From Eledone cirrhosa (lineage: Eukaryota): DNA of 64,000 bases. Numbering within the stretch: position 1 is the first letter of the stretch; every line of letters begins with the position of its first letter. The DNA lies in NCBI GenBank assembly GCA_964016885.1, contig OZ024741.1, forward strand, positions 361,956,001 to 362,020,000. The letters run 5' to 3'. The position numbers and the translations under genes are program-made. Below are positions 26,541 through 39,826 of this stretch, piece by piece. Below the pieces are notes generated by a model, which was not told the DNA's origin, did no database searches, and saw nothing but the letters and a program-made list of their open reading frames with translations.

Positions 26541-26971
26541 TAGGAGTGGTTACACAACAGTTAGTTCACCATACCGAGAACAATTGTTTCACCTTAACGG
26601 ATCCTCGGCTCGTAATAATAATAATGAAATTATTGTGTTAAGTGCTCAGGTGCACTACAACTCGTCAAAGGTGCATGTATAGTACATAGAATAATACACA
26701 AATGTCAGGGAAGTGAATAGTGTATGAGTCATGATATACATGTGTGTATGTGTATGGAGGGGGAACATTAGATGTAGTGTTGGCGAATCTCGGGAAGCAT
26801 GGAGGCCTTAAAGGATGCAGTGTCTCGACAGCTAACAACCAATGCAGTTAGTTTGTTCCATGCTTCAGCAACTCTGAGCGTGAAAAAAATGGACCATTAT
26901 GAGCTGAGGATCCGCTAAGGGGAAACAATTGTTCTCGGTATGGTGAACTAACTGTTGTGTAACGACTTCTA
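26541..26971. mobile_element. Fold-back pLTR-like element with hammerhead (26901-26936, plus), split by a CR1 fragment
   Basis: Arms 26541-26616 and 26896-26971. GAG|CTGAGGA|TCC-GCTAA-GGG|GAAA|CAATTG|TT|CTC. Confidence 0.85.
26614..26890 (-). mobile_element. CR1 3' fragment
   Basis: Reverse complement of 53820-54086 with an (ATT)n tail. Confidence 0.9.
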
Positions 26972-27169
26972 CCTAACTCGTCCCATGGACTGAGTGCTCT
27001 ACCACTACGGATATTACCTTCCAGTGTTCTACCACTATATATATATATGTGTGTGTGTTGTGTGTGTGTATATATATATATATATATACCATAATAATCG
27101 TTTTTATGTATGTTTTTTTATGCTTGAATAAGTTGGTCAGGTCCTTTTCAGTACAGCATCTTTCCACCC

Positions 27170-27590
27170 GCCACATTCCTTCTTCATCTCTATGAGTCTC
27201 AGTGATTTGAGATTAGCTCTCACCACTACTGCCTTGGTCTACTTCTACTGCGGCTTCTTTACATTGAGATTTTGTGGCACTTACCAGCGATCAGCATCCA
27301 TGTCCATTCCAATGGTGCCTTCTCTCTTATAGACCATTTTGGATTCCTCTTAAACACAGTTTCTCCCTCAGCTCATCCAAGCTCTGCCTTTCTCTCATAT
27401 TTTACATTCCACATCCAATGAAGCACGGCTGCTTCATTTTTCTCCAGCCTACACATGTCATCTGCAGTGACTATACATGTTTCACTAGCATGCAGCATTG
27501 CATTTCATACACAGGTGTCATACAGCTGGCCTTTTGTACATTTGTTGTCAACAGAGGGAGTAGCTCTCTAAATTCCTCCAATCCTATCCT
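27170..27590 (-). mobile_element. Decayed RTE C-terminal fragment
   Basis: Reverse strand resembles the KFRELLPLL...LYDxCxRxAMLH...W.GH region. Confidence 0.7.
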
Positions 27591-27922
27591 TATATAAGCA
27601 TATATATATATATGTGTGTGTGTGGGTAAGTGTGTGTGTGGGTGAGTGTGTCACACACACACACACACATATGCACACACATACACACATATATATATAT
27701 ACCAAGGGTAATTGGTTGTAAGATCAAAATGGTAAAGTTATGCCATGAATTTTCAACAATCAGTGTATGGAGCAATTAAGTAATAAATCCAGGAATTCAG
27801 AAACAATTTAAGACATTTCTAATCATCTAAAAAGAATAAAAATGTCTTACATTCCTTCTGAATTCCTGGATACACCCCTCCTCTCTCTCTCTCTACACAC
27901 ACATACACACACATAGTGTGTA

Positions 27923-29072
27923 GCTGAAAGTACAGTAGCTAGAGTCAGAACTGGATGGAAAAAGTTCAGAGAGCTTATACCACTATTAGCCGCTAGAGTT
28001 CTCCCTAAAAATGAAAGGCAGGTTATACGATGCCTGCATACGAACAGCAATGCTGCATGGCAGTGAGACCTGGGCATTGTGTGCAGAGGATATACGCAGA
28101 CTAGAGAGGAACGAAGCTTGCATGCTCTGCTGGATGTGCAATAGTAATATACGTGAACGGCAAAGCATAAACGAACTAAGGAAAAAATTAGAAATAAGAG
28201 GGATCAGATGTTGTTTACTCGAGAGAAGGCTACGTTGGTACGGTCATGTGATGCGCATGAAAGACGACAGCTGTATAACAAAGTGCAGGGCAATAAAGAT
28301 AGACGGTAGCCACGGAGTAGGCAGACCCAGAAAAACATGGGACGAGCTGATAAATTCCGACCTCACACGCTTACACCTCTGCAAGACAATGTCACTGGAC
28401 CGAGACCTTTGGCGGTACTCAGTAATAGAGAAGACCCGCCTTACCTAAATACAAAGTAAAAACCTACTACAGTCAGTAGGCATCTCTATCAAAACACACC
28501 CCCGTCCCACCACCTCCACCCCATCCACACCGCCCCTTTCAATGTAAAGTTATGTTGGTCCCACAACATCCAGGCCGAAACAAATGAGATCGTGTAGGTG
28601 TCACGACAAAAAAACACACAGTCCACGCTGTAATGTGGCCGTGTAGGCAACACGGTAAAAACCTCCCAGCCCCACACTGTAAATGTGGTTGGTGTTAGGA
28701 AGGGCATCCAGCTGTAGAAAACCCGCCAGACAGTCCACGCTGTAATGTGGCCGTGTAGGCAACACGGTAAAAACCTCCCAGCCCCACACTGTAAATGTGG
28801 TTGGTGTTAGGAAGGGCATCCAGCTGTAGAAAACCCGCCAGACAGTCCACGCTGTAATGTGGCCGTGTAGGCAACACGGTAAAAACCTCCCAGCCCCACA
28901 CTGTAAATGTGGTTGGTGTTAGGAAGGGCATCCAACTGTAGAAAACCCGCCAGACAGTCCTATGTGAGCAAGACAACCACTCTTGCCTCAAGTGGGAAAA
29001 CCCCCGTCCAAACCCATGCAAGCGTGGAACACGGACGCTAAACCTGATGATGATGATGATGATGATGATGAT
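27923..29072 (+). mobile_element. 5'-truncated RTE LINE with triplicated 112-bp 3'UTR block
   Basis: ORF 28011-28448; units start at 28618, 28730 and 28842; (GAT)n tail. Confidence 0.95.
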
Positions 29073-29182
29073 ATATATATATATGTATCCTGGGTTCAAT
29101 TGGGGGTAGCCACAGTAAGTAAGGTATTCAATACATAATAGAGTATATACAATATTTAATATAGAAATGGCTTCTACAGGAG

Positions 29183-29229
29183 TTGAACTGTTTCATTCGA
29201 AGGAAATCATCAGGCTTTCCTGATGATTT
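29183..29229 (-). ncRNA. Hammerhead-like motif with short terminal fold-back
   Basis: Minus strand CTGATGA|TTTCCTTCGAAT|GAAA|CAG|TT. Hairpin AAATCATCAGG-CTTT-CCTGATGATTT at 29204-29229. Stem I is poor. Confidence 0.5.
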
Positions 29230-29494
29230 GTTATAACTTAGGTTGGTAATTAATAATTTCTTTCAGTCCTTCTTATCTCTAGTTGTTTGATGCATGATAT
29301 TTCCTCTACATACATCTATATGTGTCATCCTCATCATCACTGTTTAACATCTATTTTCCATGTTTGCATGTATTAAAATATATATATATATATACACACA
29401 TATCCCTTCCATATACTGTACCAATTGTGTTGTTATTTCTGTTTACCTTTTACACACACACACACATATATATATATCCTCATCCTCACATCTT

Positions 29495-30885
29495 CCCAAG
29501 AGATGGCGAACAGAATCTATGAGACCTTCAACAACATGGATGAGAACATTGATTTCACTGTTGAACACCCCAGTGACGACGGGTCACTTGCCCTCCTCGA
29601 CTTCCGAATCAATATCACGGAACAGGGAGGGATTCACTACAACTTCTACCGCAAGGCAGCCTGCAGGGACCTGTTCATCTACTACAAGTCCGCCCTCCCT
29701 AACAGTGCTAAAAGAGGATACATCACGAACAAGATCACGCGAATTAAAAACAGATGCAGTGATCCCGCGAGTGGTGTCACCCATACTAAGCGATTCCTCA
29801 AAGTGCTGGAGACGAATAGGTACCCTGCCTCACTCACAAACAGAATAAGAGACACCAGACGCAAGAGGCAGAGAAACACCCAAGGCAAGTGCTTTCTTAA
29901 AATACCACACCTGGGTGAGAATACCAGCAACGCTATCCGCAAGGCTATACGGAGGGAGGGCCTCGAATCCCCCTGGCCCACTCAAGCCTCTCCCTGCAAA
30001 GATGCCTCTCGAGGAAACCCGGGAAATCGACTGACGCCTGCTCCCTCAGAAACTGCTCGATGTGCCATACAAACAGTTGCCTACGCACATACGTCGTGTA
30101 TAAGATAGAATGTAACAAGTGCAACCACTACTATATAGGTAGCACAATCTGGCCGTTGCACATCCGGATCAAGGAACACACTAAAACCAGGGCTTCGTCT
30201 TTCCAGAAACACATAACCAAATGCGGAAACAAAGACGGGAGGCCCATTGTCACAGTGCTAGCGACGGAACGAAACGTCGGCACGTTACGAATCAAGGAAG
30301 CACTTTGGATCAAACGCCTAGGGCCACAAATAAATAACCGATCCGAGAGAAGCGAAATGAGGTGGTTGGTTTAAATAAACAAACTAGGCAACAACACATG
30401 CACACACACACACAGTAGCACTCACCAAACAGGCAGGGAATACTACCACCACCACACTCTATTCAACACTGCTAATACAGAAACCAGCACGGGCAGATAA
30501 TACAATGGATTGACAGTTAACTCCACCCCACTCCCATAATTAAAAGAATTATTTCGGCCGCCGACCTCTGCTTGACCGACCCTATTGCACGCGCGCGCTC
30601 TGCTGAATACCTGATATTCAAAACAATGAACAGCGGAGGACACGTATCGCACCTATCCGACAGATAACCTCCCCCCCCCCCCCAGTTGATGGATGTGAAT
30701 CCGAAACAATTAAATCGCTCCCAAGGTAACTCTATCTCGTGTTATTATTTTTATTTTTTACACTCTTTCCTACGTTCTTCTACACACTATACATCTCTCT
30801 CTTCACCGCTGGATCTTGTTACCCAGAAAATTACCCATCTGCATTGTTGAGGCTTCCAAAACGACCTAAAGAAAATATATCCTAT
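29495..30885 (+). mobile_element. 5'-truncated Penelope-like retroelement (RT C-terminus + GIY-YIG endonuclease + pLTR)
   Basis: IDFTVEHP..SLALLDFRI..FYRK (PLE RT thumb); VVYKIECNKCNHYYIGST..LHIRIKEH..IKEALWI..PQIN (GIY-YIG). Frameshift near 29970. pLTR homologous to 1998-2370. TA run at the 3' end. Confidence 0.93.
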
Positions 30886-30934
30886 ATATATATATATGGA
30901 ACAAAAACAAAGAGCGCTTACATCGTCAATTAAT

Positions 30935-30996
30935 CTTTATTTGCTGACAGTGTTTCGTCCTTGCATTATTGCAGGACTCATCAGAGCGTTATAAAG
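30935..30996 (-). ncRNA. Canonical-core type-I hammerhead ribozyme
   Basis: CTTTATAACGCT|CTGATGA|GTCCTGCA-ATAA-TGCAAGGAC|GAAA|CACTG|TC|AGCAAATAAAG, with a GUC cleavage triplet. It lies in an element spanning about 30898-31312 between TA runs. Confidence 0.88.
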
Positions 30997-31673
30997 AGGA
31001 ATTAGATCAATATTATAAACTCTAGCGACCTATATCACAAGAATGATCCATATGTAGCACAGAGGACTAAGGAGAGTGGGGTGCTTGGACGACGCGTCAC
31101 CGCTAGAAGCCGATACATATTAAGACCAAAATCAGTTACAATAATTAAAGATAAGGAAAAATTAGGAAAAATAAGGAAAAATAATTAAAGACAAGGAAAA
31201 ATAAAAGATAAGGAAATTAAAGATAAGAGATAAAACGTAAAGGGTAGAGTCTAGAAGTAAGGATAAAATAAAGGTAATAATAAAGTGATGATAATATAAG
31301 GAAATATAAAATGTATGTATATATATATACACATACATATATATACATACATACATATATATATATTTTTTTTCCTTCAGTATTTATCATAATGTGATAC
31401 ACTAATAAGATATGTGCTTTGTACATTTTACTTTTGTTAGGTGTTGGCTTTCTCCCATATATATTTTATTTCAGTACTTAGATACATTGACATATGCATT
31501 TGTAATTTTGTTTTTATTATAATTTAATAGTATATATATATAATTTTTTCCTGACTAACGATACAAGGGTAGTATTATAGTTTTTCTCATAAAATTTTAC
31601 AAGTCTTTTTCATTTGTACATTTCTATACAGTTGTATCTTTGCAAGGTTACAGCATTTTAAAAATTGAAATGT

Positions 31674-31908
31674 TTAACCCTTTAGCATTTACATTATTCT
31701 ATATTTACTATTGCATTTTCACAGTAAAAGCTTTATCTTACATAATTATCCCATATAATATTGAATCTATGAGATGTTGATATTATTTATTTTGAGAACA
31801 ATACCTTAATGTTGGTATGAGTGGCCAGTTACAGCCAGTTTGAACAGAAAGAGGTGAGAGATTTCTGGCCGGATATTGCCGGCCCGGGTTTAAATGTTAA
31901 AGGGTTAA
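31674..31908 (+). mobile_element. piggyBac-type MITE, complete
   Basis: TTAA TSD on both sides; TIR CCCTTTAGCATTTA / TAAATGTTAAAGGG. Confidence 0.9.
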
Positions 31909-32002
31909 AGATTTTTAGTCAATCAAATTTTTTCTATCAATCACTGTCCATCCTATCATAATATATATATAATGTTCTCATCTTCTCAAGTGGTCACATT
32001 AT

Positions 32003-32187
32003 TTTGGCAGTATTGATAGAGGGTCGGACGCCATGCTTTGATGCATAGAGTTACGGCCCTTGCCATTCTGAGTTCAAATCCCGCCGAGGTTAACTTTGCC
32101 TTTCATCCTTACGGGGTCGATAAAATAAAGTACCAGTAATGTACTGAAAAATTGCTGGCCTTGTGCCAATAGTAGAAACAATTATTA
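32003..32187 (+). mobile_element. Meta/MESC-core SINE
   Basis: Same family as 14111-14300. Confidence 0.85.
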
Positions 32188-32945
32188 ACATACTCTGACC
32201 TCTAATGTCAGTCAGACTAACAGAGATATCAATTCCTTTATTTGAGCTAACAATGTCCCCATTTAGATTGACTGCTTTTGTTTAAAAGGAAATTATCAAG
32301 AGTCATCTGTTTAATGTTTTCTGGGTATACAGTCCAGTCCTTATAAATACAAAAGACCTTAGTTAGCATAGTCTGCTTCTTTGCTCTGCAACAGACAGAC
32401 AGCCTGTTTTACCAACCTTGTACAGTTCACCATGTGGCAACACACACTGACACACACACTCACTAGCCAGCTCTGTTGGCTTAGCACCTACAGGGCTGGC
32501 TACACACAGCTTAGTAAAATCACTACTTTGGAGATTCTACATTCAGACACACTACAATTATACAAGTACCTTCTTCTATTGTTCATTATTAATGCACATG
32601 ATTTCAAAGTAAATCATGCAACCAATAAAAACATAAAAATTAACAGTGTCTTGTTTATTTGTAAATTCATACCTATGTGATTGGGAAAAATTGTTTTCTC
32701 CATGGCAATATCACATCACCACAACAAGCGACTACAACTATTGGTTTCATCAATATGGCGAGACTTAACAGCCACAATTCTCTCAATTCACTGAGACACA
32801 CTTCACTTACATGCCATAGACTCAACAAATAAATCACTCATTCAACTACTTCATCAACTTCATCTCGCAATGCCAACTACCATCTAACAAATGAACTGCA
32901 ACTAACAAACCCGCTAAATATAAATAATAATAATTATATATATAG

Positions 32946-32976
<31 letters not shown>

Positions 32977-33015
32977 ACATAAATAACAATCAAATTGTGT
33001 TTAAGGCATTTAATT

Positions 33016-33060
33016 GCTTTCAATCGTTTCATCCAGATATAGATCTGGAATCATTGGAGC
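33016..33060 (-). ncRNA. Degenerate hammerhead-like motif
   Basis: GCT|CCAATGA|TTCCAGAT-CTAT-ATCTGGAT|GAAA|CGA|TT|GAAAGC, inside an element (32972-33330) between TA runs. Confidence 0.5.
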
Positions 33061-33328
33061 ATATAAAAGGTTAAAACAAATATATTCCTAATCATTACAA
33101 CATTTATCAGGATACATTATATATGAGAAGACTAATTATAAGTGTTAATTACAATATATTAAAGAGCAAGAGCAAGAATATTATAATGAAATATAATGAA
33201 AAAATAGTAATGAAATATAATGAAAATGTGTGTTGTATTTTTGCTCTGTAGTATATCTGATATTTTATATTGAGCTACTTATCTTACTGGTAATCGGGTA
33301 ATATACAATATTACCCTTATCTTACTTA

Positions 33329-33404
<76 letters not shown>

Positions 33405-33406
<2 letters not shown>

Positions 33407-33924
33407 GGTTATTGAAAAATATCTCCCTATTTTAAAATTCTTATAATTTATTTCTTAACTATAATTTTTTTACAAGAAATGAACATGAGAAGAAAGCGTA
33501 TAGTATGAAGTTTTATTTAAAATTTGATATGGGCCACAGCATTCGCAACCAGCTTCTCAAGCCACCCAGTAACCGCATCAACAGATTTCACCAGGAACTC
33601 TTGTGGGATGGAAGACATAACTTCTCGTATAAGCCCTTCAAGTTCTTCCAAAGTCAATGGTTTGGTAGAATAGACTTGCTCCTTTAACCAACCCCAAAGA
33701 AAAAGTCACAGGCTGTTAAGTCGGGTCTTCTGGCTGGCCACACATGCAGACCACAACAACCCATCCATCTCCCAGGGAAGTGGGCATTCAGCCATTCACG
33801 AACAACAATAGTAAAATCAAATCTTCAATATTCTTCCAAATACTGATAACTGGCCAGATTTCATCTTGCAGCATGGTGAGATACGTTTTGGCACTCAATA
33901 GGGAGTTACTTTTCAATCACTCTG
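33405..33924 (-). mobile_element. Internally deleted Tc1/mariner transposon
   Basis: ~28-bp imperfect TIRs (CAGG..TTGAAAA..CTCCCTATT), TA TSD, minus-strand WPARRPDLTACDFF motif. Confidence 0.9.
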
Positions 33925-34809
33925 TATATATATAGTTGAAAATGAACGAATAAAACACAGAAGGCAATGAACACAGTTATATCTATATATATAGATATAT
34001 ACATTTGTTATTTTTGGTCCATTTTCTCCAATAATTAATCTCAGTTTGATCATTGTTATTTTATTTTCCTGTACTTGTTGCCTAATTATGTTTTGTATAT
34101 CGAGAGAATTTCTCTAGATTACTTATTTTTGTTAATACCATTAACAGTCTCTTTAAAGTATGTTTTTCCCAGGACTTACTTGTTTTCATGATAACAATCT
34201 TTCCTCCTTTTCTGATATTAGTATTTCCTTTACTTCTATGTCCATTTGTCTTATTCCATGACCAGTTATTGGCTGCCAACAATGCTGGTATTGACTGCCA
34301 TCATTTAAACCTTGTATACTTACTGTTCATTATTAGGTTATTGACAAATTTATTTGAAGTTGTACTTGCCTGGCAAGTGATTTGATCTTAAATCACGTGT
34401 CTAGCCACTATAAAAAAAAATAATCCCATAAAAACTGTTAACTTCCTTTTACATTTATCATGTATTTCTTGGTGTCAACATTTTTGTCTTCTTGACCAGC
34501 TCACTGACTAAGTCCTACAGCTTGCAATAGAACAACCATGTTAGTGACCAAGTTGCAAACTGCAGGACAAACAATTTGAAACCAGGAAATAAATGATAAA
34601 TATAAAGTGAAATTACAGTTATTGACAAATATATTGATTTTTTTAGCTGGTCATCTCTTATATAAGCTTTCTTATTATTATTTCTACCTCTCCCCCTCTC
34701 TCTTCTTTCTGTCTTCTTAATTTTTTCTATATTTTCTTTGTTTTCCCCATCTAATAAATGATCTTTTTATGGTACCCTTATCATTCTTTTTCTTCTTTTT
34801 TTTTTCTGT

Positions 34810-34945
34810 TTTTACTTGTTTCAGCCATGAGACTGTGGCCATGCTGGAGCACTGCCTTGATTTGATCGATCATATCAAACCCAGTATTTAGTTTTTTTAA
34901 AGTTTAGTGCTTATTTTATCAATCTCTTTTTGTCAAACCACTATG
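34810..34945 (-). mobile_element. SINE 3' fragment
   Basis: Reverse strand CAGTGCTCCAGCATGGCCACAGTC..ATGGCTGAAACAAGTAAA; related blocks at 19290-19420 and 43195-43245. Confidence 0.6.
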
Positions 34946-35382
34946 GGATTGTAGGGGCAGAGTCCTAAGACACACTTTCCAGAGGGTCCTATCAGAAGCA
35001 ATCAGAGAGATCCCCAAGTGAGTCCAACTGAACTCATGATTTTTTAGCTACATATTGTATCAAGAAATGTTACTTAAAGACCCTTTGGAGGAACCCCATT
35101 TTGATGCAATAGTATCCACATAGCTGGTCCTGACTCCTCACTCTGGACCTGCCAGATTTGTGGGGTGTTTTGACTTTAGGTAGTCTCAAGTTGCAAATAA
35201 CTAGATGGGGGTCATTTGAAAGTTCAGCACCTCTCTTAACACAGAACCAAAAAATCAATTACTGACTTCTGTCCCTGATTTCCCTTACAACATATATAAT
35301 TATGAATGTCTTTGTGCAGGAAAAAGCTGTTCATAATAGTGATTCTAATAACCTTATCAGACTTATGTTCTATCAATGTGCA

Positions 35383-35414
<32 letters not shown>

Positions 35415-35477
35415 GATGCCCATGTTTTTGTTCTTCTTCCTCTAACCTTTCAACCACCTCTCTCTTCTAACTTTACT

Positions 35478-35514
35478 CTTTCCTGATGAAGGACTAATGT
35501 CTGATATGTCAAGG
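35478..35514 (+). ncRNA. Degenerate hammerhead-like motif
   Basis: CTGATGA|AGGAC-TAAT-GTCT|GATA|TG|TC; GAAA is mutated. Confidence 0.45.
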
Positions 35515-35908
35515 CATTCTTTATCTTTTTTCACAAGTGTGAAACTCATAAGACTTTGTGTAATTGTTCTCTGTGTTTGTATCCCTTTTACCTTGAACTA
35601 TACATATATATATAGATACCATTGTTTGGATACAATAATATGCCTCACATGGTTTTGGTCAATATATGATGATTGAGTTTTAAAAAAAATGTAAATATTT
35701 ATAATCAGTTTATTATTTTATTATCTCTATAGCAACTAGCAGCAGATAAAACAAGACTGAATTAATCACAGTAAAATCTAACTAGTACATAAATCATTAG
35801 TTTACAGATGGATTAAAAAATATTCAGTTTCTTAATCAAATAATGTTGATGTTGATGATGAAGATGAAGATATATATATATATATATAATTACAACAGTG
35901 ACATAAAC

Positions 35909-35954
35909 AGGTACTTAAGTTCCGTTGGGTTCTGGATCCCAACTCATTCAGCCT
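35909..35954 (-). ncRNA. Variant hammerhead motif
   Basis: AGG|CTGAATGA|GTTGGG-ATCCAGAA-CCCAAC|GGAA|CTTAAG|TA|CCT, in a ~150-bp element between TA runs. Confidence 0.6.
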
Positions 35955-36269
35955 CTCATAAGAAAAATAAAAATAAAGATGGTTGCCTGGGGTTGATTGT
36001 GCTTTCCTTTTAGAAACATATAAAAGTTTAAACAAAGGCATATATATATATATGCTAACAGGATGAAACAAGCAGGGGGGGGGGGGTAATATAAAGTCTA
36101 AGATGTATATCAACATTTAGGTTCTCCCACTGCCACTTGGCACCTCCCTCTTGACCATGACCCACTCTCTATCTGTCTGCCTCTTCTCCTCATGCATCAT
36201 CACCCCCTCCCCCTTTACAATCTAAATCATCCCTACCTACCCTCTCTCAAACTCACTGCCCACAGAGCT

Positions 36270-36690
36270 GTCTGTATGGTGCTTCCATGCAAACCACAAT
36301 GCTACAAGGCAGTGAGACATGGGCATTGACTGAGGAAGATCTGTGATGGCTAGAAAGAAATGATGCAGTTAAGCCTCAGTGTATGAATAATGTTAGTGCA
36401 TAAATGCCTAGCATAAGTGAGCTGAAAGGAAAGCTCTGTATATGAGGGGTCTAATTCAGTGTGCAAAAGAGAAGATTGTGAAGGTGTGGATATGTGGTGC
36501 ATATGAAAGATTTTAGCTATGTATAGAAAAATGCAAGGAAATCTTAGTGGATGGGATGACTCATGGAAGAGGTTGACCAAGAAAGACATAGGATGAAGTA
36601 GTGAAGACTAACCAGAAGAAGCTGAATCTCACTAAAAAGACTTCATGGATTGACGATATACATTGCTGCAGAAGACTTGCTTGCTAGAAT
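36270..36690 (+). mobile_element. Decayed RTE 3' fragment
   Basis: GGCAGTGAGACATGGGCATTG...GAAAGAAATGATGC resembles GSETWAL..ERN. Confidence 0.7.
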
Positions 36691-37507
36691 CATCCCCACC
36701 CTCTCATCACCTTGATAAACTCCACCACACCTGTCATGCACACATGGCATTGAACTTGTCTCTCTAACTCTACCTTACTTACCCATGATTTATCTATCAT
36801 CCTTCTTACTCCCACATCCAATTCCAAACCTACACCCCCTACCCATAGGGTTGACAGGGCCCCTCAGTTGAGTCTATGGTTGACAACTTCCCTAGTGTGG
36901 GAACCACTGAAAATGCACTCAGTGCATTCTGTAAAATGGCTGGTATTAACCTTCAGTGCGCTGTAGGCGTCTTATGTTGCTAATAGAGTAATCTCCCCTT
37001 AATACATAATGCAGTGTCAAGGGAAGCAATTCATAAATAAATTCAACATGCTAAAGGTTAAAAGGGCTTCCAACCATAGAAACCATGCCAGAAGAAACTT
37101 CAGGGCATGACAGCTTTTCCAGTGTTGGTGACCTACATAAATGCACCCAGTATATTCTGTAAAATGGTTGGTATTAGGAAGATTATCCAGATAGTGAAAA
37201 CTTGCCAAGAAAAGAGTCAGGAAGACACTTCAGCTATGTGAAAAACATGACAAGGACCCTAGTGCTATGATATAATGGACTTAGTGTACTTAGTACAGTG
37301 TGGGAACGTATGTAAGTAAGATGCAGGCTCCTGACCTGTCTGAGAGGATGCCACAATAAAATATACTCGATGCACTCTGTTATGTGTGAGGTCATATGTA
37401 AGTGAGATGTAAGCCCGAGGCTTGTCTAAGAGGTCTGTAGCTCCAAGTAACATTGTATGTCAATACGGTGCCCCTACAACTCTATCAGGCATTACAGGAT
37501 CATACAT

Positions 37508-37568
<61 letters not shown>

Positions 37569-38248
37569 AACACCATACAACATCATTGGGAGAGAACATT
37601 TTCAACAAATTGTAGCATTTGAGTGACAGATGGACAAAAAGCTGTACAGTTAAAATAATATAGATTGATACTCTGACTGGCAATTACTTTAACTTGTTAT
37701 AATTTTGTTTTAATGCAAGCCTGTAGCATTTTTCTGCAAATTCTAGAAATTGAACTTCTGAAGTTGAATTTACTTAAGAGAGTATTGAAAGTTGAGAACT
37801 TACTATGGGCAGACTTGTGTGAAGTTGGTATCAAACCCAGGCCAGATGTAAAATGTAGGCCCATGTGAGGCTGGTAATGAGCCTAGGCCCATGTGGAGCT
37901 GATAACGATCCGAAGCCAGATGTGAAAAATAGAACCCCACCCTAAGCTAGTAAGAGGCCCAAGCCAGATACTTATGTAAACCAATATTTCAAACTGCTCA
38001 TAAAGTATTTTCATAATTACTGCTAAATACATATGAAGGTTTAACATCACCACCTGGTCCTTAGGTGTCTTTAGTAGAGGTGATATGAAGCTATTTATGA
38101 TCTATTGCTTGCTTGTGGGTGCAACATGACCAAAAGCTTACTTAGTAAACATTAGGTCTCAGGTTTGATCCTACTGAGAAGCCATTTGGAAGCCCATCAA
38201 ATGGACTGTACCTGTAATTAAAAATGTTGAATCTCTTTGAGGATTATT

Positions 38249-39826
38249 TTAACCCTTTAGCATTTACATTACTCTATATTTACTATTGTATTTTCATGGT
38301 AGACACTTTATCTCACATAATATGGATCTACGAGATTTTGATATTATCTGTTTTGAGAACAATACATTAACATAAGTATGAGCAGCCAGTTACAGCTGGT
38401 TTGAACAGAAAGAGGTGAGAGAATTCTGGCAGGATACGGCAGATTTAAATGTCTGCGAAATGATCAGCCATTTGCATGTTAATTTCACGAACAAGCTTGA
38501 ATACTCAATGTCAAAACCAACCAAGGTCTATCCCAATCCATTGCTTGCTAAGTGATAGAATTGTGGTTAGAGTCCAGCCAGTAATGCTGTTGCTCTCCTT
38601 TTTTCTGTCTGTAAAACAACTACAGTATAAGGGCTACTAATTATGACAGCTAACTTTAAAAATACTTTACTGGCTTGTCTACATGTTTACGTGAATCTGA
38701 TATTTCTGCACAAATTAGAAGGATAAGAGTCATATAACTTGATCTCTTGTCGTTCATAAACAATTTGGAAGTTAACTTAGATTGAAAGTGAGTTTCAATA
38801 ATCCAAATAGAATTTTAAATAAACATTATTTCAGATAAAGAGGGACATGGATAACATTTATTTTTAATAATCCCACATAATATCGAATCTACGAGATTTT
38901 GATATTATTTATTTTGAGAACAATACCTTAATGTAAGTATGAGCAGCCAGTTATGGCCAGTTTCAACAGAAAGAGGTGAGAGAATTCTGGCCTGATATGG
39001 CTGGTTTAAATGCTAAAGGGTTGAAAAGCATCCATTTTAAAATGCTCATAGTTAAACTAAAACTATCCACCATAATTTCATTGCATATTGTTGTTTCAAA
39101 CACCATCTTACTAGCAACAAAGTCATATTACTGAATCCTCCAAATTCTTGATTATTTTCAAAATTAATTGAAAATCATAGGTCGTGATTTTTTAGAAATA
39201 TGGTAACAAAAGGGTTAAAGTATTTATATTTATATAAAAACTTTACATCATAATTTTATGTAAGAACCATTATTAAGTTAAGTTCCAAACATCAACTTAA
39301 TGAATAAGTTAGTTATTTAACTACATCCCACGAAATTATTTATTATTTTCTAACTTATCTTATTTTCCAGCATGGAAGTTGTGTATTTTTCCAAAAATTA
39401 GTCTGAAAAATTTACCCTATATCCTGGAGAACAAAGGTTATGTTAGTCATTTTATAGTCAACTTTTTCTTTTCAAAATTTAGTATTTGAAAATAGGGGTA
39501 CATCCACGACATCAGAGCATCTTCACTGCAGCAGGGAAATATCACTAGTTTAAAAACACGAGTAGTATATCTTATCAGAAATATGGTAATATGGTAATTT
39601 TAAGCTACCTGAAACCACACCTGGTTTTATGATACAGAGCTATTTGTATTTATATTTATCTAAAAACCTTCAATCATAATTTAATCTAAGAACCTTTGTT
39701 AAGTTATGTTCCAAATAGTGAGAATGTTAGTTACATTTTTACACTCCTCCAAATTCTGGATTATTTTCAAAATTATTTGAAAATCTTAGTGTCTTTCATT
39801 AGAAATATGGTAATGAAAGGGTTAAG
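38249..39826 (+). mobile_element. Cluster of piggyBac-type MITE copies and fragments (two families)
   Basis: Family 1 at 38249-38451 and 38870-39024. Family 2 ends AGAAATATGGTAA(C/T)(A/G)AAAGGGTTAA near 39218 and 39825. Confidence 0.7.

Noticed and set aside
27787-27871. Imperfect 85-bp hairpin as a miRNA or ribozyme
   Set aside because: No hammerhead core and a large AT-rich loop; probably a small fold-back remnant.
32800-32920. Minus-strand GTAAGT donor and candidate exon
   Set aside because: All frames are closed upstream and there is no supporting exon chain.
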